Numbered from the stretch's first letter, positions 11,074-24,749 are shown. The stretch is DNA of 64,000 nt from Squalus acanthias (GCA_030390025.1 CM059430.1:75268001-75332000), one strand, 5' to 3'. A program made the numbers and translations. The notes: generated by a model not told the origin, from the sequence alone.

Positions 11074-11699
11074 ATGCTCATTAACCTAACATCAATAACT
11101 GGCAAAATGATTGCAACTATTCTAAGGGGAATGGTGGGGAGCATCAGGTTAGAAATAGTTAGCAACTAACGCCCAGCATGGATTAAAAGCGGCGCTCCTG
11201 TCTTTCTGCCCCATTGGCCTTATTTTCGCAGCTGCGGATGAAATAGAGTGTAAAAACACACTGACATGACGCCCAAGCTTTGCTCTAACAGGTCCCAGCC
11301 GTCCAAGGCCAGACATCCGATTCGTGTTCGCACTTTTATTTGATAGTTGCTGTTTTGTACTGCTTGAATTCTGTGCAGCTTTGGAAATGTTTGGATTTGG
11401 CGCAGTTTCCAGATTGGCAGATAAATACTGAATCACAACACCGTGATCGCACAAGTATCAGTAACTTGAGTTATTTGAAAATTAATAGGAACGTACATTT
11501 AATCTTCATGGGGTATAAATTCGTCTTGAGCGGGAGCACAAAATGGGCGCTAGAGAATAGACAACTGGCTTACACTCGATTTTCCTTTATATTGAAGTCA
11601 TGGGGTTTGGATTGGCTGCAAGGAGCAAAATTAATCTCAGTGAACAGGGAATGAGTTGGATGAAAGTAATAATGAAACTGCATGTATATATGCCTTTCT

Positions 11700-12110
11700 G
11701 AGATCTCCACTCGTCCAACATCGCTTCATAGTCATGGAAGTACTTTACAAGCTTAGTCACTATTGTCATGTAGGGAAAATGGGACAGACAATATACGCAC
11801 AGCAAGATCCCACAAACAGTAAATAAATGTATGATCAGATAACTGTTTCATTGATGTTGGCTGAGGGATAAATATTGGCCAGGTGTCCAGGAGAACTTCA
11901 CTGCTTTTCTTCAAATTGTGCCATGGGATCCTTTACGATGAGAGGGCAGCCGTGAATTTGATTTAACGGCTCATCCAAAAGACGACACCTCTGACAGTGC
12001 AGCACCCCTCAATGCTTCCCCGACGTGTCAGATAAGATTATGTGCTCAAGTCTGTGAGTGGCCATTGAAAAAATTACTCAGAAAGGAGAGTGCGACCACT
12101 GAGACAAGAA
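11700..12110 (-). mobile_element. Deu-domain SINE (SacSINE1/AmnSINE-like) in the probable 3'UTR of gene A
   Basis: Reverse-oriented Deu core: gcacagcaagatcccacaaacag, gagggataaatattggccagg, gccatgggatc, ctctgacagtgcagcac, gattatgtgctcaagtc. Further copies at ~14960-15165, ~36760-36985 and ~56020-56450. Confidence 0.75.
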
Positions 12111-12617
12111 GGGCACTAGAGCAAGTCAAGCACTAATGCCTAGGAAGAAAGCAGTTAATTTAGGAATTAACTGTAATCTGTAATACAGTAAATAGTACAG
12201 ATAAGGTGAATGCCTAATTTAAAAGTAAATCCCGGAAGCAGTACTGAAGGACAAAACATAACTAAACAAGAAAGAAATAGTTTTAAAAAACAGGTATTAG
12301 GAAGTGTTTTTTTTTACTCAGAGGCTTGACTAATTCCTCAAAACAGGGTACAGAAGCAAAATTGTTAGGTGTTTTGTAAATGTGTCTGGACGCTCCAATG
12401 GGAGAGCTGGGTTGTTGGGCGACGAGTTCAGTGGGCTGACTGGTCTTTAATGGGCCTTGACTTTCATTATGTTGTTATTATCAATTTAGCTGTAATCTAC
12501 TTTTCAGTGTATCACTCTTATTCGAGAGTTAACAGAATGCCCACATGAAAGAGTATTAACATAATAGTATATGCATAGCGTATTTTGACTTTTTTATTTT
12601 ACTGATTTGTATTCTGT

Positions 12618-12656
12618 AATAAATCTACTTGTAAGCTTGTGTTCTGTTAAAATAAA
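12618..12656 (+). promoter_or_regulatory. Candidate polyadenylation signals for gene A
   Basis: Two AATAAA hexamers (12618-12623, 12651-12656) about 1.5 kb after the stop, in T-rich context. Position only. Confidence 0.35.
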
Positions 12657-13051
12657 TGTATATCACATTCATTCCTGCCACCTCTTCACGTTGCAGCTGC
12701 AGTAAGCTTAAATTTATAGATTTTTTCTGAACATAAACATATAAAAGCACAATTTTGTGTGCAGAAATTTCAGGTCGCCATGGCTCTGTAATATACATTC
12801 GGTTGTATAAACTGGAAAATCAACTTAGTATCAGATATCTTGCGAACCCTGGGGACTGTTAGAAATTAGGGTCTCCAAAATATATCGGGTTATGCGAATG
12901 AAACTGTGACGTGAATAGAACTGTGTTTACATGATTGTATCAGAACTTGAGACAACATTTATCTTACCACTAGTATTAGAGTAACTAAATAGATGCTTAG
13001 AATCAGCTTGTGTTTTGGTTCTCTGAGGATGTTATAGCATTCCGCACTGTG

Positions 13052-13082
<31 letters not shown>

Positions 13083-14959
13083 TCCTGTTTCCAATCTAGC
13101 TATCTGCTTTTGGTAAATTGGGATTTTGACTTTGTTTGACAAAACTACTTTAAAATGCATAAATTAACCGGTATATGAGAATAGAATAGAAGATATATTT
13201 GGAAATATAATGATTCATTCCATGGTATAATAGCTTGAAAAGGAAATAGTTGGTTTCGCACAGCTAAAGCTACATGAACAGTTTGAACATAAATAACTGA
13301 TAACAAGCAGCTACGGACATCTGAAGGCCAAGAATGGCATGTTTGACTCCAAACGTGGGAGGATTTCAACATTGTTTTGTGTGTCGTTAATTTGACCAAC
13401 ATGAGCTCAACACCTATGTTTCTTCCATTATTGCAAATAATCATATTATAACGCTAAATTAGAATTTGGAGTTAATTTAACAAAATAGCATGCAAAGATA
13501 ATTAATATCAAAGATATAGAAAAAAAGGAATTTATGGGAGTTAAGGTATTATCCCATGATGGAGCATTCTGGCCGATCAAAGGGAGATCGTTTGGCTAAC
13601 GATAGGCTGAGCAGACAGCTCTAACATGGGCCCCTAATTAATAGGGTATAAGGTCAGGGCTTGTACTGGATGTACCAGGGAGGATAAGTGACAAGAGAGT
13701 TAAGACGAATTCCAATGGAATAGCCTTCAGGATGGATAAACAGTAAAGACAAATGAGCAAAAAGAAAACGAGACCCAGTTGGGGAGGGTTTCCATTCGAA
13801 AATTGAGACGAAGAACTGAACGTGACATTGGCCACCTTGGTTTAGGAAGAACCCTTACATGTCCGATAGCCCTGTCCATATCCTACTTTAGGCCGACCAC
13901 TAAAAAGAGAGTAAAAGAAAGACCTAGAGAGTTTTTTTCACATAGACAGTGAAGGGGAGAGCTTCCAGGACTGCTGACATGCCGAACTAAATTAACACTC
14001 TTGGAGGTTCCAGACGAGTGTAGGAAAGGCCGTAAGCCGGAGAACTGTTTGCGCACGCCAACCATCTGTCCGTTCGGGTCCGGTACCAGCTGTTTGGCAC
14101 GGTCGTATGTTTTTGCTAAATAACTAGTGTGTTGTATCCCGTCCAAATCTCTGGTTAAATACAATATTCCCACCATATTGGTTTGCAGTCGATCCTGATT
14201 ATTTGAAAGACTAGAAATAAGCTGATAAAACTAGACTATCTTCATTTGTAAACACAAACATTTGCTGATATTTTATTGATTCATATCATGACGAATGAGT
14301 GAGAAGAGTAAACACGCTCGTGCATACTCCATGAATATACACCAACACTTGATATCCCTTTATTGCAGAGGTAGTCCCATTCAGCTCCTCTGAAAAACAT
14401 TGCACGGTACAAAATGTTGTTTGATGAGTTGCGCGTAAAAATCACCGCAATATTGGCACACTACAAGGGCTGATCCAATGGCCATGGATAGGCGCTTGCA
14501 GGAAACACTCGCCAGGAAATATTTGGTCCGCAGTACTTGATGTTCTGCGTAGATAAGTTAAAGGACCGTAGGGCAGACATTATGGACCACCAATTTGCTG
14601 CTCAGCTCCCCCTGAGGGCACCCTTCGGCCCCTGGAGCTCCCAAAGGCTCGAATCAGTCCCTGTATATGCTTGAGCAGAGAATGCCGTGCAATGCCCTAA
14701 TTATGGTTGTAACTCTTCTCTGCAGAACATGGATTTGGTTTGAGGTGTAATTGCACAGATTCAGGGAAGGTGGAATAGATCATTAAAAGCAGGGGAACAA
14801 ATGAAAATTGTTAACTGACCTTGTGCACGGTTTATAACAAGAACTAACAAGGGAAGCGAACACAATTAAAAACACTAAATGAAGACCCAGGCTATTAGCG
14901 GAGTACATTAATGTTGAAAAAATATAGAGAGCTATCAGAACGAAGGAATGCAAAGAAAG

Positions 14960-15165
14960 AACAATATGGAGCCTTTCATTATATCAAGACCTCCCAAAGC
15001 GCTTTGCATACAATAAACTACTTTCGCAGCGTCACTGCTATAATGTACGAAACTCGGCAGCCAATTTTCACACAGCAAGATCCCAGAAACAGCAATGAAA
15101 TAATGACAAGATAATCTCTTTTGATGTTGTTGGCAGAGGGATAAATATTCACCAGGACACCTGTT
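14960..15165 (-). mobile_element. Deu-domain SINE 3' fragment
   Basis: cccaaagcgctttgca..cacacagcaagatcccagaaacagcaatg..gagggataaatatt, same family as 11700-12110. Confidence 0.7.
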
Positions 15166-16504
15166 CTTTCATTAAATATCCACGGTTCACTAGAGAAAGC
15201 GAAACCGACATGTCAAAGTATTTTGAGATTAAGTCGCATTTCTCTAACATGACTCTGAAACAAATCCGCTCTAAACTATAACATCTTCATTATAGGAATA
15301 AATACTACACTTGGATTTTTTTGAAAATTACTGAAGAATTGTCTTGTTTAAAATGGTCTAATATCTTTGAGACTTTACTAAATAGTGAATTACATCCCGC
15401 ATAAAACTCCTCCATCAGGTTAGTCCAGATATAAGCATTCCATCATCTCTCAGTTAATAATTTTCATCCATCTGTTTACAGACTCGGCAGTGTGTTTAAT
15501 CATTGCTCCAAGCAAAGCCTCATGTGGGAGATTTGAACATCTATCACATACCAATTCTTCACTTTCTAGTGATTGGTCTGTTGATTAAAAATGCTGTTTT
15601 CACGTGTTCTTATATTTATCTGGGATACATTTCACGCCTTCTCGGAGCAATTCCCAAATTGTCTGACTGAATGTCAGTTAGCGAAGTCTTTAACCCTCAG
15701 CTAAGTGTACATGGGATGAGAAGGTTTTGCTGTGGCTCTGGAAGAATGCAATATATACGTTACTAAACAGGCTTATGGGTGTAAATAAGTTCACGAGTTC
15801 GTTAAGGAGGTGCACACATCTGCAATGGAACCAGTGAGCTGCAGATAGCTTGCACAAAAATGTCATCACTTTAAAGTGCTACTAGGATAGACTCGGCCAA
15901 ACAGGAAGAGATGTCATTAATCTACAGCAGTGACGGGGTTAATGAGTGGATAATTTACTGCTCGCGTACACAGCTAGATATGACTTAATCTGACCTTTTA
16001 ACAAAACTGTGATGTGGTTTCTTTTGTACTGAATACTAAACGTTTATTCTATTATCGCTGTTTACGAGTAGGTGAGGAAGCGGTTATTAGCACCTCTCGG
16101 GCCATCAAGCTTTGAGTTTATTGCAACATAATGGAAACAAGTCATGTGGTTTGCAACTGTAACTATTAAACATCACCTTTCAATATAGATTTAATAACTG
16201 AGCTGTTTTTATACATAGAAGGTTAACTCTGCCTCTTAGGCTGCGAGCATGCACATGAACCATTGGATCTGCTCAGTGGCAGTGCTGGATTCAGAGGAAG
16301 GACAGGGAATACTGAGGAGGCCTGTGTGGTTATTTCACTGCAGGATTTCACTAAACTCACATGCCCTATAAATGTCAATCCACATGGGGGTAATTTTTAC
16401 TTTGTGTGATGTTATAAAACAGGTGATAACAAATCGGAAGCCCGATTTATATCTCATTCATGTTTTTATTTCCATTGGGATAATCGCTCCACACTATCGC
16501 ACAT

Positions 16505-16686
16505 GGAGTAATTTTAACTTTGTGCCGTAGTGTAAAACGGGCGCTATCGAATTTGCCGTGCATTATACGCCACGCCCGATTTCCTTTCCGTTAAAGTCAA
16601 TGGAAGGCAAATCGATCCGGACATATAATGGCGGCCAAATCAATATCCCGAATGTTACACCACAGCCCAAAGTTAAAATTACCTCC
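16505..16686. mobile_element. Palindromic ~180-bp MITE, preceded by a partial copy at 16386-16500
   Basis: Ends ggagtaattttaactttg / caaagttaaaattacctcc, arms roughly self-complementary, flanked by cat/cat. Confidence 0.7.
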
Positions 16687-16789
16687 CATAGACGTGGTGC
16701 CCCAGATGCATTTGCAGCCCTGCTCCTGTTCAATATCACATTGAGATGGGTCTCTGTACTCTGATGGACCGGACACGTTTGAGGATAAG

Positions 16790-18550
16790 AACACATAAAG
16801 CTGGAAATATTTAACAACTCAGGCAGCCTCTGTCGAGAGAAAAACAGAGTTCACGTTTCAGGTCGTTGACCTTTCGTTAGAACTGGCAAAAGTTAGAGAT
16901 GTAAAAGATTCTAAGCAAGTACAGAGGCAAGGATAGTAGGGAGGGGAGGAAATAACAAAAGGGAAGATCTGTGATACAGTGGAAGACAGCAATGATTAAA
17001 TGAAAAAAGGGTTGATAGTGCAACGCAAACGGGGGTGGTAATGTGACAAGAAAAGTTACAGAAGGTGTGTCTAAGGAGCTGTAAGTGGCAATAGCAGATT
17101 CATTCCAAACAGTTGCTGTCTGAAAAAATGGGAGCAGTGGTTATGATCTGAAATTGTTGAATTAATGTTGAAACGAGAAGGCTGAAAGTACTTAATTAAA
17201 AGAGGTGTTGTTCTCAAACTTCATTAGAACAGTATAGGAAGCCGAGTGGGAGAGGTCAGAGAGAGAGTGCAACGGAGAATTAAAATGACAAGCGACCAGA
17301 AGCTCAGGGTGATACTTGTGGAATGAACGGAGATGCTCAACAAAGCATTCACCCAATCTACGTTTGGTCTCCCCAATGTTCAGAAGACCGCATCATGTGG
17401 AACAAATACAGTATATTGAATTAAAAGAAGTACAAGTAAATCGCTGTTTCACCAGGAAGGAATATTTAGGGCCCTCGACTGTGGGAAGGAAGGAGATAAA
17501 ATGGCAGGTTTTGCATCTCCTGCACTTGCATGGGAAAGTGCTGAGAGAAGGGGGGGGGCGGTGTTGGGGTGATTGAAGAGTGAACCAGGGTTTTCCTTTG
17601 GAATGCTGAAAGGGGAGGGAAGGGAGGGGAAGAAGTGTTTGGTGATGGCATTAGACTCAAGGTTGTGGAAATGGCATAGGATGATCCATTGAACCTGGAA
17701 GCTGGTGGGGTGGGAGGCGAGGACAAGGGGAACCCTATCGTGGTTCTGGGAGTGAGGGGAAGGAGTTAGAACAGAAGTGCGGGAAATGGTATGAACAACG
17801 GGGAGGGCCCTATCAAACACAGTGGAGTAGTCTCCCCGGTTGAGGAAAACGGAAAACATATTGGAATCATTAATATGGAAGGTATCATCATCAGAACACA
17901 TGCGATGGAAACAGAGAAACTGGGAGAATGGTATATAGTCCATGCAGGAAGCATGGTGGGAAAAAATGTAAAGAAAGCTACTGGGCTTATAGTAGATATT
18001 GCTCGACAGCCTATCCCCAGAACTGGAGTTAGAGGAGTCGAGGGAAGGAAGGGATGAGTCAAAGATGGACATTGTGAAGGCGAGGGAGGGTGGAAATTGA
18101 AAGCAAAGTTGATGACATTTTCCAGTTTGGAGCAAAAGCAGGAAATGGCACTGATACAGTCATCTGTGTAAAGGGAAAAGAGGTGAAGAAAGGATCCAGT
18201 GTAGGCCTGGAACAAACATTTTTGCCCTTATCAGAAGAATAGGCAAACATAGCCAGGACCCATACGGTTTCCCATAGCATCAGCTTTTATTAGGAGAAAG
18301 CGAGCGGTGTGAATGGAGAAGTTGTTCAATGTAACAAGAAGTTCAGCCAGGCGGAGTAGGGTGGTAGTGGATGGGGACTAGTTGGCCCTCAATTCAAGAA
18401 AGAAGCAGAAGGCCCTCTGGTCGTCCTGGAGGGTATGAATGTGTAGTTGCACTAGACATCCCTCCACAGATGCTACCTCAACTGTGGAGTATTTCCAGCA
18501 TTTTCATTTCTTATTTTAGCTTTCCAGACTCCGCAGTATTTTGCTTTTGC
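16790..18550 (-). mobile_element. Degenerate Penelope-like retroelement (RT to GIY-YIG region) with pLTR-type ends in inverted arrangement
   Basis: Minus-strand fragments YTDDCI (YIDD-like), NIYYKP, IPFSQFLCFHRMCSDDDTF, DRVPLVLASHPTS. The terminal unit gctggaaat..ggcagc..gagagaaaaacagagtt is inverted at 18460-18550. Confidence 0.8.
16848..16884 (-). ncRNA. Degenerate minimal hammerhead ribozyme motif in the Penelope-like terminal repeat
   Basis: Minus strand agtt-CUAACGA-a-aggtc-aac-gacct-GAAAC-GUG-aact: stems I and II present, but the core is CUAACGA (consensus CUGANGA) and the triplet is GUG. Confidence 0.55.
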
Positions 18551-19334
18551 CCACGTTTAAGGAATTGTGACACAGCCACTCTCCCGCAAAGAACATGCGC
18601 ATGGAATCAGGAATTCAGGTGTTAGGGAATTGGAGGTCAGACTTCCAGACTCATTAGACTTAATGTTCACCGGGAATTTTTCTGATTGTTTGTCATAACG
18701 TCGGTGTATGATCTGCGGAATCCCCAGAGAAACAGCACAATCTACTTTTAGCTTAACCTTTCCTGTGGGAAATCGACAGGCTCTTATCTGGCGCAGTAAT
18801 ATTGAAGATAATGGAAAAGTAACTCGGGCGGACTGCATACCGGAACAACGATTTGTTTCCAATGAGAGATCAGCTAGCTATTCCAACAGGAATTCCATCA
18901 GTTATAACAATAAATGGGAATTTCCTTGGGGGTCTCCCACTCTTTGGAGGAGATTCGGTGCAACCAAATATAAGGGTTCGCCGGCAAATCTCCACAGAAG
19001 TTACGGCGATGAAATTTCTACGGTATTTTGACATACTATTGACATTAGCTTTCTGTCTGTCGGGGAGTTCAATTTAGAGGAAGCAGAGGAATTACTGAGG
19101 AGGGGAGGAAGGAGAGACAAGTGTGCTCCTATGAATACCAAGTGGCACCTATCAGCTGGCAGTCCATAAATTATATTATATGACCCAGCTGCAACTATTT
19201 AGAAATGTTGGAAGACACAAATCTTCTTTTACCGAGATTTTTCATATTCTGGAGCGTTACCTGATATTAGCATCCAGCTGAGTGTTATATTCCAACGTTT
19301 CTCCTCCTTTGTTCATCTGTGTGGGACTGCCTTT

Positions 19335-19560
19335 GCATGGTTCCACATTTACCTATCCAGTCGCAGCTAGATATGCTCCTGAAATGGGGCCTCTTCCCGC
19401 TACCGCATTATTAGCTCTGGATTCCCACTAGGATCTATCATTGCCCCCATCCTATTTCTCATCTACATGCTGCCACTCGGTGACATAAACCAAAGTTATT
19501 ACGTGAGATTCAACATGTAGCCTCATGACAATCAGTTCTACTTCACCGTTACCTCTCTCT
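19335..19560 (+). mobile_element. L2 LINE RT fragment
   Basis: Encodes WFHIYLS..GSIIAPILFLIYMLPLGDI, characteristic of L2 RT. Confidence 0.7.
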
Positions 19561-20759
19561 AATATATGTATAAGCTGATGGTGTTCCCATGCAACTGTTG
19601 CCCTTGACCTGCTCAGTGGTGGAGGTCGTACGTTTAAGAGGTGCTGCCAAATTTCCATAGGTAACACTGCTTTCAAGATGGAAATTCGCTTATGTTTCAT
19701 TAGCCTTTTTAGTTCTTGTATTTATTTGGCTCATTTAGATATCTATCAGGATTTTTAGAATATAACAGGGAAAGACTGGGAATTTCATTAGTTCTGCTCC
19801 GACGCATCCACCGTAACTTTACCAGAAGGGCGAGTAAAACTGCATTTCTGGACCTAATTAGAAATAGCGTTTACTAAAATAATTATCATGTTGTAGGAAT
19901 GGAGGGATCATCCTGGCATACACCAAACTGGATAGTGTGTCTCTCGGGGGTTCTCTGGATTGATCACTGTAACTTCAGAGGAATATCGACGCAAACCCTA
20001 GAGAAACGGCATAAACACGGTTTAAAGCTACCTGTAAGGATATTCCAGAAGCTCGGTGTCGACGGCTGCTCATGATTATTGTGATTGGGGATCAACCGGG
20101 GTTTCTTGGAAGTCAAGGTGGCTCGAAGAAAAAAGACCAGGTGGGCGAAGTTTAGAATCGCGTTAAATCTCCATGGAAGACTGGGGAACGCAACACATGG
20201 ACCAGGCACCCAAACGTACGCCACGGCATTGATGATGATTGAACAGGTAGTCTGGCTCAATAATGGGATCCGCAACGTTAAGGTTGTTGCTGGAAGGAGG
20301 GAAACTTCGCAATTAACTCCATATAAGTCTGCATATCAAAATCTTAATGGGTAGAGCGGTCCTGCTCAGGAAAGAAGCAGGAAGCGTACCATTGTGTTGT
20401 GCTGGTTTTATCTAATTAAATCTAGGGAGGCATCAATTTATGTCGCAGTTTGAATTAAAGGTCCAGTAATGATTGGACACGGTCTAGAAACTGTCAAATT
20501 CAGTGAAGAGAGCCTGTAGGTATGATTGGAGGAGGTGACCCTGGGGACAGTAACAATTTCTGTTGCCCGAAATTTAGAAATAGATGACACACATGCTGCT
20601 TTGTTACTAAGAGCAAACTTGATGCCAGTACTCATAAGTGGAGAATAGCAATGAGGAGTATAGATTCCACAATCTTTGGAGCGTTTAATGATGATTGTTG
20701 CCCAGAAACATCTTACGACTGAGAGTAATGGGGTCAAAAATTTTTGAGGGGCAGCAACA

Positions 20760-21870
20760 AAAATATAGGAACAGGAGTAAGCCATTCCGCCCCTCGAGCT
20801 TGCTCCACCTTTCATTTAGATTTTGGCTGATCTGTGACTGAACTCCATTTGCTCGCCTTTATTCTTTATACCTTACTAATGTTTCATAACAAAATTATAG
20901 CAATTTCAGTTATGAAATTACCAATTTACCTAGCTTCAAAGCATTTAGAGGAGAGAGTTACAGATTTCCACTATCCTTTGAGTGAAAAAGTGCTTCCTGA
21001 CAACACCCCTGGAAGATGAACATATAATTTTAAATTTATGCCCCTTTGTTCTGTAATCAACTATATAATTTATTTCTATCAAACCTATCAAATCATTGAA
21101 TCATCTTAAAGATCTCAATTAGATCGTCCCTTTACCTACTATGCTCAAGGGAATACTACTCTTTTCTGTGCAACATGACCCCATGATTTAACTCTTTAGC
21201 CCCGTTACCATTCTGGTCAATCTGTACTGCACCCCATCCAAGGCCAAAATATCCTTCCTGAGCTGCGGTGCCCAGAATCGAACGCAGTACTCCAGATGCG
21301 ATGTAACCAGAGCTTTATACAACTGTAGCATGACTTCCAGACGTTTCTATCCCTTCAGATAAATGCTAATTTTCCATTAAACTTTCACGTTATTTTTCTA
21401 CCTGTCTACTAGATTTTCGTGATTTATGTACATGGAGCACTTAGTCTCTGCTTCTCCACAGTTCCTAGATTGTCACTATTTAGAAAATACTCTGATCTAT
21501 CAGTCTTAGATCCAAAGTGGAAGACCTCATATTTCTGCACACTGAAATCCTTCTGCCACAGATTTGCCCACTCACTTAATCTATCAATGTCCCTTTGCAT
21601 CGTTTTGCTACGGTTAACATTACTTGCTGTGCCACCTAACTTCGTGTCGTCGGCAAATTTGCATACATGGCTTTCTATTTCTTTAGTTGTCCAAGGTTGT
21701 TTAATTACACAAGTAGAGCTCTTGCTGTGTAGGCGTATGTACAGGTCTTGTATTATGACGAATGCTTCTTTGTACACCTCCCACTGTTCATCTGTAGGTT
21801 TACCAGTTAACAGTTCCGCCCAGTTTACTGTGGTTAATTTCTGCCTCCTCCCTTCAATGTCATCCTAATT
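20760..21870 (-). mobile_element. Degenerate CR1 LINE fragment
   Basis: 3' tail aggaacaggagtaagccattc and minus ORF 21424..21777 (KFADDTKLGG..QRDIDRLSEWA). Confidence 0.85.
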
Positions 21871-22449
21871 TGAACATAGGAATGGAAGTGAATGATACCA
21901 TATCGGATTCCCATTCTAGTCCGAAGAAAGGCTCGTATTCTAGAGACAGCTTGCCTTTCAAAATTTCTTGCACATATCAGTGATTACAAATAAGCAACTA
22001 TGTTTATCATACATTCAAGGCCGATCTTGCTCAGACGCGCCCCACCTCCCCCACTCCAAGATACACTGCGTTCTACATTTATACATTTGCCATAACAGAC
22101 CCACATTTGGTTGTATGATCCAACCCAAACACCATGTGCTCTCCCTTTGTCTGAAAACGGACTCAAATCTGATTTGTCCAGCTCTGCAGTGGAACCAGTC
22201 GTCATGTCTTTGTTCAGGTTTATTTGGGCTAATGCTTCATGTTGCATGATAATCCAACTCTCCCCATCCTTAACTATTTTAACTGATACACTCCTAAAGT
22301 CATGTGTTACAAGTTTCATTCCAGATTCTGTTGACTACGGCCAATTTCATACGAACACATTTCATTACTTTTAGACCAGCTGCATTTGATTCTGCATTTA
22401 TACTTTATCTTGGTCAAGCCGTGTTTTTCACATAGATTTCTCTGACACA

Positions 22450-22660
22450 NNNNNNNNNNNNNNNNNNNNNNNNNNNNNNNNNNNNNNNNNNNNNNNNNNN
22501 NNNNNNNNNNNNNNNNNNNNNNNNNNNNNNNNNNNNNNNNNNNNNNNNNNNNNNNNNNNNNNNNNNNNNNNNNNNNNNNNNNNNNNNNNNNNNNNNNNNN
22601 NNNNNNNNNNNNNNNNNNNNNNNNNNNNNNNNNNNNNNNNNNNNNNNNNNNNNNNNNNNN
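22450..22660. other. Assembly gap
   Basis: Run of N. Confidence 1.
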
Positions 22661-23088
22661 ATATATATATCTCGCTCTTTGCCCAGGGACCATCTTCCGG
22701 TAGGCTTTATGTTTAAGTGTCAGAGGGTTGCAGGCCAATTCTATCAGATACAGAGATAGGATGGGGCATTACGGAAGCACTTCCATTATAACTGTGGACC
22801 GACAGCATATGAGTCTCTTACTTCCATCCCCCTTTTGGCGGGAACAGTCTCAGAGGCATGGGTCAGTACATTAAAGACCGAATACCCACTTGGTGTTTGT
22901 GTTTTTACTTTCTTCCTTTTTGAGAAGGTAAGATAATGTTAATAGGTCAGTGGTAGGGGTCCTTGTTTTCCCCAATATGAGTGGATGCATCACATGATAC
23001 TCTGAGGTGCACGGCAGTTAGGCATTTTAAGAAATTGTCTCTGAAGTATTCCTGCGGCAGGCTATGTGATTGGACAGAGTGTTTCTCA

Positions 23089-23164
23089 ATGAAGATGGTG
23101 CTTTAATACTTCATCATATTTTCCTGTGCATGCGTGAGTTATTTTAACACTCAGGTCATCAGAG
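23089..23164 (+). other. Candidate degenerate leader exon of gene B
   Basis: ATG AAG ATG GTG CTT TAA TAC TTC ATC ATA TTT TCC TGT GCA TGC = MKMVL*YFIIFSCAC. Signal-like and shares xYFI with the gene A candidate, but has an in-frame TAA and no clean phase-1 donor. Confidence 0.2.
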
Positions 23165-24241
23165 GGAAACAATAACAAGGCAATGAGGTAAGTGAAGTTT
23201 CTATCTGTGTTACATTCAATCTCTTCCTGTAGTTCTTCGGTGGCGAGGTTGCACAGACTTCGTCAGCAGCCTCCCTGTAAACTGCCTGAACTGCCCTCCT
23301 CTGTGGCGTCCTAACCTGAAGCTTCAACAGTCGATTACTTCTCGCTTTGACAGGAGCTGCCGTGCGTATCAGATTAAGCCCGACTAGAAAGAAATGGATT
23401 CAGAAGCGGAGTTGGTTTGGTGGGGCGGGTGGAAGTTCCGCCTTGAAGGAACTCCGACCCGAAAACTAGAATCTATCCACTGATGACCCTCTTTACCGGG
23501 CCACAGCCTTTGGAAATCTGCGGCATCATCGTATTCCTGATCCGATCCCCTCAGCAAAGGATGCTCAAGACCGAGGAAGGAAAAACAGACGGGTTAGGGG
23601 CCAAGTTATTTGCAGCACATTCAGCTAAAACTATCTTCTTTCTCAAACTTTCCGAACTTCTGTAATTGGCAATGCAACCCTCCCAGCAGCCTTCCCACAC
23701 CCCTTTCTTTATGTAACTTCTATATAATATAAACAGTTTCTGCCTGATCAGGGGGTTTCATCAGAGTGTTGTGAACCTGTCACCTCCTTAATGTTATGCC
23801 ATTGAGATAAACCACGTATAGGCCGACCAATGAGGCTTTGGTAAACTGCAGATTGCAGATCCTGTTTAGATGAGGTGTTCACGCACATTAACTGACATTT
23901 ACGTTCACAGCTCGCCTCTTAAAATAGATTATCGGAAACTGTTTTAGGCACGCGATTTGACATCTCGTGAAATCACAAATCTGATCGGATTATCTACAAA
24001 CTGATATTTCCAAACCATCCGAGCCGCAGTTCAGTGGCAGAGCAACTTCCATTGAACAATGTTTGTGTGTCACTACATATGGGCGCTTGGGGTTATTTAC
24101 AACGGTATTTTCCGTTATAATCGACTACTTTTCTTTCTTGCTCGTTTTTTAAATTTATTTATCTCTCCTACATCGATATATGTATATCTTATCTATCTTT
24201 TATCTCTATTTTGAAAATAATGTGTAATAAATATTTTACAG

Positions 24242-24553
24242 TTGCTCCCGCTACCGTGTTCCAAACCCCTGAAAGCACCAGTGTGATGGCAGGTGTAGAC
24301 ATTACGTTCCATTGCATGACGAGCTCTCTCCAGGGTAATGCAGATGTAAATGTCCATTGGTGGAGACTTGGTGACAATCACTTTATACAACCAGGTTCTG
24401 ACGGCAGAAAACTATTCTTTCCTTTGAAAGACGGAGAGACATCCTTCCAGATCCTAAGTGTCCGTGTCCCAGACTCCGGGCACTATTACTGCGGAGTGAG
24501 ATACACAGGAAACACAATCGTAAATGGAACGGGATCGAAACTTGTTGTGCACG
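24242..24553 (+). CDS. Gene B exon: Ig V-set domain with germline-joined J-like G strand
   Basis: atattttacag|, phase 1. Encodes APATVFQTPES..ITFHC..VHWWRLG..FQILSVRVPDSGHYYC..IVNGTGSKLVVH. Donor G|gtaagc. Confidence 0.95.
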
Positions 24554-24709
24554 GTAAGCGACCTTGGAGAGAGTTGCGGCCGCTCCAATTGTACAACGGT
24601 GTATATATAGTTTCATTCGTTTTTTGATTATTTAGTGAATTGACCTCTACTGCTAGTTTATGGGAGATGATCAGGGAACATTATTTAAAATAAGCCCCAA
24701 AACCATATC

Positions 24710-24711
<2 letters not shown>

Positions 24712-24747
<36 letters not shown>
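24712..24747. repeat. (TA)n microsatellite
   Basis: Direct reading. Confidence 0.9.

Positions 24748-24749
<2 letters not shown>

Noticed and set aside
13048-14175. Possible ERV solo LTR (TG..CA)
   Set aside because: No TSD, primer-binding site or second copy could be identified by eye.
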